Assembly: GCA_030141605.1 (NCBI GenBank)
Contig: JAQGDQ010000063.1
Span: 1-64,000, forward strand
Direction: 5' to 3'
Source: Tubiluchus corallicola
Taxonomy: Eukaryota; Animalia; Priapulida
Length of the DNA stretch: 64,000 bases
Shown: positions 63,901 to 64,000 of the stretch, piece by piece
Layout: each line of letters opens with the position of its first letter
Position numbering within the stretch: the stretch's first letter is position 1
The notes under the pieces: model-generated
Databases searched by the model: none
The model's input: the letters and a program-made list of their open reading frames with translations, nothing else
Told to the model about the DNA's origin: nothing
Translations under genes and position numbers: made by a program

Positions 63901-64000
63901 AGAGCAATGTATCAATGCAGATGTCATCTGTGAACACAAGTTGAAGACAAAGGTTGATCAGGAAGTGAGTGACGAATGTAACCATGTTCTGATAAATACA
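12652..64000 (+). CDS. Large multi-exon gene for a repeat-rich, probably actin-associated protein (invertebrate LIMA1/EPLIN-Xin-like); 3' end lies beyond the window
   Basis: A phase-consistent exon chain runs from 25875 to 62661. Recurrent LKSKFE, ALERFK.LE and PPPVRAITPPPEG motifs, plus RDPNVVRSD...AKKLKTMFE...KPKRFT, resemble recalled repeats of invertebrate LIM and actin-binding proteins. The family call is from memory; no LIM domain seen. Confidence 0.6.
13959..14177. mobile_element. Possible solo LTR or short TIR element
   Basis: TG...CA ends with inverted termini TGTTGTGGGGAGA / TCTCGCCACAGCA; no TSD found. Confidence 0.3.
15670..15945 (+). mobile_element. Helentron/DINE-like non-autonomous element fragment
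   Basis: CCAAATTTCAT motif, then a GTGACGGACAGAGTGAC microsatellite-like tract and a short GC-rich palindrome CAGCTGAAGCT; boundaries approximate. Confidence 0.35.
20931..21429 (+). CDS. Candidate alternative first coding exon B (MDSVGAVDD...KTLRN)
   Basis: 166 open Ser/Thr/Glu-rich codons ending at the consensus phase-1 donor G|GTGAGT, compatible with the 25875 acceptor. Confidence 0.7.
21586..21849. mobile_element. hAT-family MITE
   Basis: 14-bp TIR CAGGGCCTATTTCA / TGAAATAGGCCCTG and perfect 8-bp TSD CATATTGG (21578-21585, 21850-21857). Confidence 0.92.
21922..22800. mobile_element. Foldback-type element with tandemly repeated inverted arms; possibly carries a degenerate Harbinger-like MITE at ~22132-22312
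   Basis: Left arm has GGTAAAATGGCACA-like repeats; right arm has TGTGCCATTTTTACC-like repeats; no clear TSD. Confidence 0.55.
25875..26051 (+). CDS. Internal exon, Lys-rich (ESDAEEEMSETK...KTKSKSK)
   Basis: ttctttgtag acceptor, 177 nt, phase 1-1, donor T|GTAAGC. Confidence 0.85.
28134..28183 (+). CDS. Internal exon (SKEKTADEVVMREKKKE)
   Basis: tactttcag acceptor, GAG|GTGAGT donor, phase 1-0. Confidence 0.8.
28896..28940 (+). CDS. Internal 45-nt exon (DDEIDRETDNYSKDY)
   Basis: cactatag acceptor, TAC|GTAAGT donor, phase 0-0. Confidence 0.75.
29232..29280 (+). CDS. Internal exon (DEPDEFGDAEDEDARA)
   Basis: ttgtttcag acceptor, CAG|GTGATT donor, phase 0-1. Confidence 0.78.
30450..31010. mobile_element. 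Probable non-autonomous (Helentron/DINE-like) repeat
   Basis: GC-richer island starting with a short palindrome (CCAG...CTGG) and a TGCA/TGTA microsatellite; family is a guess. Confidence 0.3.
31722..31806 (+). CDS. Candidate alternative first coding exon C (MVEFAGCENAVLLLGKCLLCGVFLAFGY)
   Basis: ATG in good context, strong phase-1 donor A|GTAAGT compatible with the 32985 acceptor. Confidence 0.4.
32985..33106 (+). CDS. Internal exon (RLSAIFNKFERP...GKLKEKFAK)
   Basis: ttgtttcag acceptor, AAG|GTTTGT donor, phase 1-0; carries the KFE-type motif; absent from the ORF track. Confidence 0.82.
33829..33990 (-). mobile_element. Meta/MESC-domain SINE fragment with (ATT)n tail
   Basis: The minus strand reads CCCGACCGAATCATACCAAAGACTTGAAAAATGGTAC, like the recalled MetaSINE core following a tRNA B box; (AAT)n tract at 33829-33857. 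Confidence 0.55.
34440..34585 (+). mobile_element. Possible LINE (CR1/L2) 3'-end fragment
   Basis: CTAGATGACCTTTCGGTCC hairpin-like motif, then AATAAA and a short CTATG repeat. Confidence 0.35.
35980..36043 (+). CDS. Internal exon (GDEEEEKQDKSVYIRAELASS)
   Basis: Polypyrimidine-CAG acceptor, CAG|GTAAGT donor, phase 0-1. Confidence 0.85.
37677..38288. mobile_element. Mutator-like foldback non-autonomous element
   Basis: Arms built of ~15-bp TTTxCCAGAAA repeats in inverted orientation; flanking 9-bp direct repeat CATCAAATG (37668-37676, 38289-38297). Confidence 0.8.
42669..42984 (+). CDS. Candidate alternative first coding exon D (METANEHGVLPPLP...FGTPFIN)
   Basis: 105 open codons and a phase-1 donor A|GTATGT compatible with the 46966 acceptor. 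Confidence 0.65.
45864..46367. repeat. Long imperfect palindrome (MITE-like) with central ~39-bp direct repeats
   Basis: Left arm AAAAAACTGCTTTAATAACCTTTACACAGCACAATAATAATATA pairs with TATATTATTATTGTGCCTTGTAAGGGCTGTTGAAGCAGTTTTTT; GATTGTGATGACATCTGCTTATAATT pairs with AATTATAAGCTGATATCATCACAATC. Confidence 0.8.
46966..47098 (+). CDS. Internal exon (GETLKSKFERFEH...RVRMPL)
   Basis: ttgtttag acceptor, AG|GTAAGT donor, phase 1-2. Confidence 0.85.
49927..49990 (+). CDS. Internal exon (LLSNEGDEEPAEVNGTSADDE)
   Basis: ttttag acceptor, GAG|GTTAGT donor, phase 2-0. Confidence 0.8.
50455..50571. mobile_element. Degenerate hAT-like MITE
   Basis: Imperfect TIRs TAGGGTTGGATTTA / TAAATCTGGCCCTG, similar to the 21586 element; subterminal poly-C; no TSD. 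Confidence 0.45.
50897..51088 (+). CDS. Internal exon (DIIPCAELSSLKSKFEMG...KQQQLQ)
   Basis: ttcttgtag acceptor, CAG|GTCTGT donor, 64 codons, phase 0-0. Confidence 0.85.
51425..54067 (+). CDS. Large exon: 55-codon internal exon (donor after 51589) or 880-codon alternative terminal exon with ~11 degenerate repeats
   Basis: tttttag acceptor at 51424 in frame with the 868-aa ORF; stop TAG at 54065-54067; repeats TKxxALERFKxLE and PPPIRSITPPP. Confidence 0.88.
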   Translation, partial: EEFERLKAERAKMGDLDYVPEVQNEIVEVEKELRAIKETKSILAKFKTMESLQDEVGAEHGMQTNDMRVPEEQLHEIITPVSIDGMLEQDEATRVKQTKRQAIAKFKDLESGVNTNMHANVDIKPFSSDSESDTESTQEKEKNRLAELEKMALYAQETKRTALERFKSLESGLISTDDTCDSYAIPPIRSITPPPDFRGYSEENEEEEVGAKQTELEREKELAEAKAFAQKTKRAALERFKNIEAGLETEANNDNSTAPPPLRTITPPLESGYNFDGDGDNVEETDLNVIESLREKEIEETKALAHESRKAALARFKLLETNAAKTSQRSHSPSKWHVNIPYQQKSSSAVLLDKDNGGVDVASAEIDAITNVDDALVYVKGTRQAALEVFSSIQIQENENKKKNVPPPVRSITPPPDYVAPIDLELPPERNEILEQKPKEKELTEISGYAHATKVAALERFRMWESGKHEIQNVANNKEALPPVRCITPPPEGAQLQNLISESSDTESGAEDEDIKKTLEFARGTKQSALQRFQSLEQGLINDEQPARMDPPPIRSITPPPDCNAYLADSDSANSDDDRDEKEKELKETLDCARETKQAALQVFQRLQSAERPKKAAPAFHRITPPPDDNLDSGVEDLHSTLELAPEREPVDMDPEDRKVIEQVRETKQIALERFKSLESSVSRGADYSQSPSQVNHTDKYIKVPNRSRSTSGESGSISLPSHQDQVERISEVMVVNDQHHHESSTHEMSLDVLEELEQVKQSHTVNSVKDVFQGHQEHNNPNHSEETLRKVLQEIELVALEQPRPVSPPRPKPRRHVSKQDAILSECNNIKESKLAALERFKILEQKNKPSLDKKLSKSLPAFNSTHWERDVEIISKEH
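55323..55333 (+). terminator. Candidate polyadenylation signals for the short isoform (another AATAAA at 54999)
   Basis: Overlapping AATAAAATAAA followed by T/GT-rich sequence; weak evidence in AT-rich DNA. Confidence 0.3.
56196..56300 (+). CDS. Internal exon (ADGERRPPPMRAITPPPEGLQPTMVGDDDQQTPEK)
   Basis: Carries the repeat motif; AAG acceptor, AAG|GTTTGT donor, phase 0-0; absent from the ORF track. Confidence 0.8.
57724..57912 (+). CDS. Internal exon (QSADWMEIKG...PPPVRAITPPPEG...EDDQ)
   Basis: TAGCAG acceptor, CAG|GTAAGT donor, phase 0-0. Confidence 0.87.
58202..58569. repeat. 48-bp minisatellite, ~7.5-8 copies
   Basis: Unit CCACCACACACCAGCTACATTACTGCTGTTGCAAGCTAGGCCCCAGTC recurring every 48 nt. 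Confidence 0.95.
58810..58998 (+). CDS. Internal exon (IAAELRAIRE...REKFRTLERNPQDKK)
   Basis: ttggcag acceptor, AAG|GTGAGT donor, phase 0-0. Confidence 0.87.
60017..60112 (+). CDS. Internal exon (VETTASTAAAELEELRAVAASGRERFKQLELM)
   Basis: atgcag acceptor, ATG|GTAACG donor; carries the ERFKxLE motif; different frame from the listed ORF. Confidence 0.83.
60151..60250. repeat. 20-bp minisatellite, 5 copies
   Basis: Unit TGTAACCAGCTAACTGTTGC. Confidence 0.93.
61688..61857 (+). CDS. Internal exon (EGDVDEKKPPPVRAITPPPEG...TKDRGLA)
   Basis: cttttcag acceptor, AA|GTGAGT donor, phase 0-2. Confidence 0.87.
62183..62279 (+). CDS. Internal exon (FKNLETQKEDVKDGPPPVRAITPPPEGAQPKE)
   Basis: attttcag acceptor, phase 2-0, GAA|GTAAAC donor. 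Confidence 0.85.
62479..62661 (+). CDS. Internal exon (DTADDDAEITRDPNVVRSD...KPKHKPKRFT)
   Basis: gttttag acceptor, ACA|GTAAGT donor, 61 codons. Confidence 0.87.
63215..64000 (+). CDS. Large acidic exon (DEDRDEDTSLDLSRADSSPESDFENN...), open to the window end; possible donor after 63964
   Basis: Manual translation shows no stop from 63113 to 64000; D/E-rich; phase-0 AAG acceptor candidate at 63214. Confidence 0.7.

Overview
AT-rich eukaryotic (invertebrate animal-like) genomic DNA with GT-AG introns; no prokaryotic operons, CRISPR arrays or rRNA were seen. It has three main parts. (1) At 1-3.5 kb (-) is a near full-length CR1/L2-group non-LTR retrotransposon ORF (PHD finger, AP endonuclease, reverse transcriptase) broken by three frameshifts. 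(2) At 5.8-10.1 kb (+) is a complete five-coding-exon gene for mitochondrial ribosomal protein L40 (206 aa, assembled by hand with consistent phases). (3) From ~12 kb to the window end (+) is a large multi-exon gene for a charged, repeat-rich, probably actin-associated protein, similar from memory to invertebrate LIMA1/EPLIN-Xin-like proteins; no LIM domain is visible in the window. This gene appears to have at least four alternative phase-1 first coding exons. Its repeat unit is a helix ending 'TKxxALERFKxLE' followed by 'PPPxRxITPPP', and it is encoded twice: once as small spliced exons and once as a 2.6-kb intronless read-through terminal exon. A large acidic exon at the window edge is missed by the ORF track. 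Introns hold many non-autonomous elements (Tc2/pogo-like, hAT, Mutator-like foldback, Kolobok-like, Helentron-like, SINEs), a 500-bp palindrome and two related minisatellites. All exon structures are inferred from splice signals and reading-frame phase, not from transcripts.
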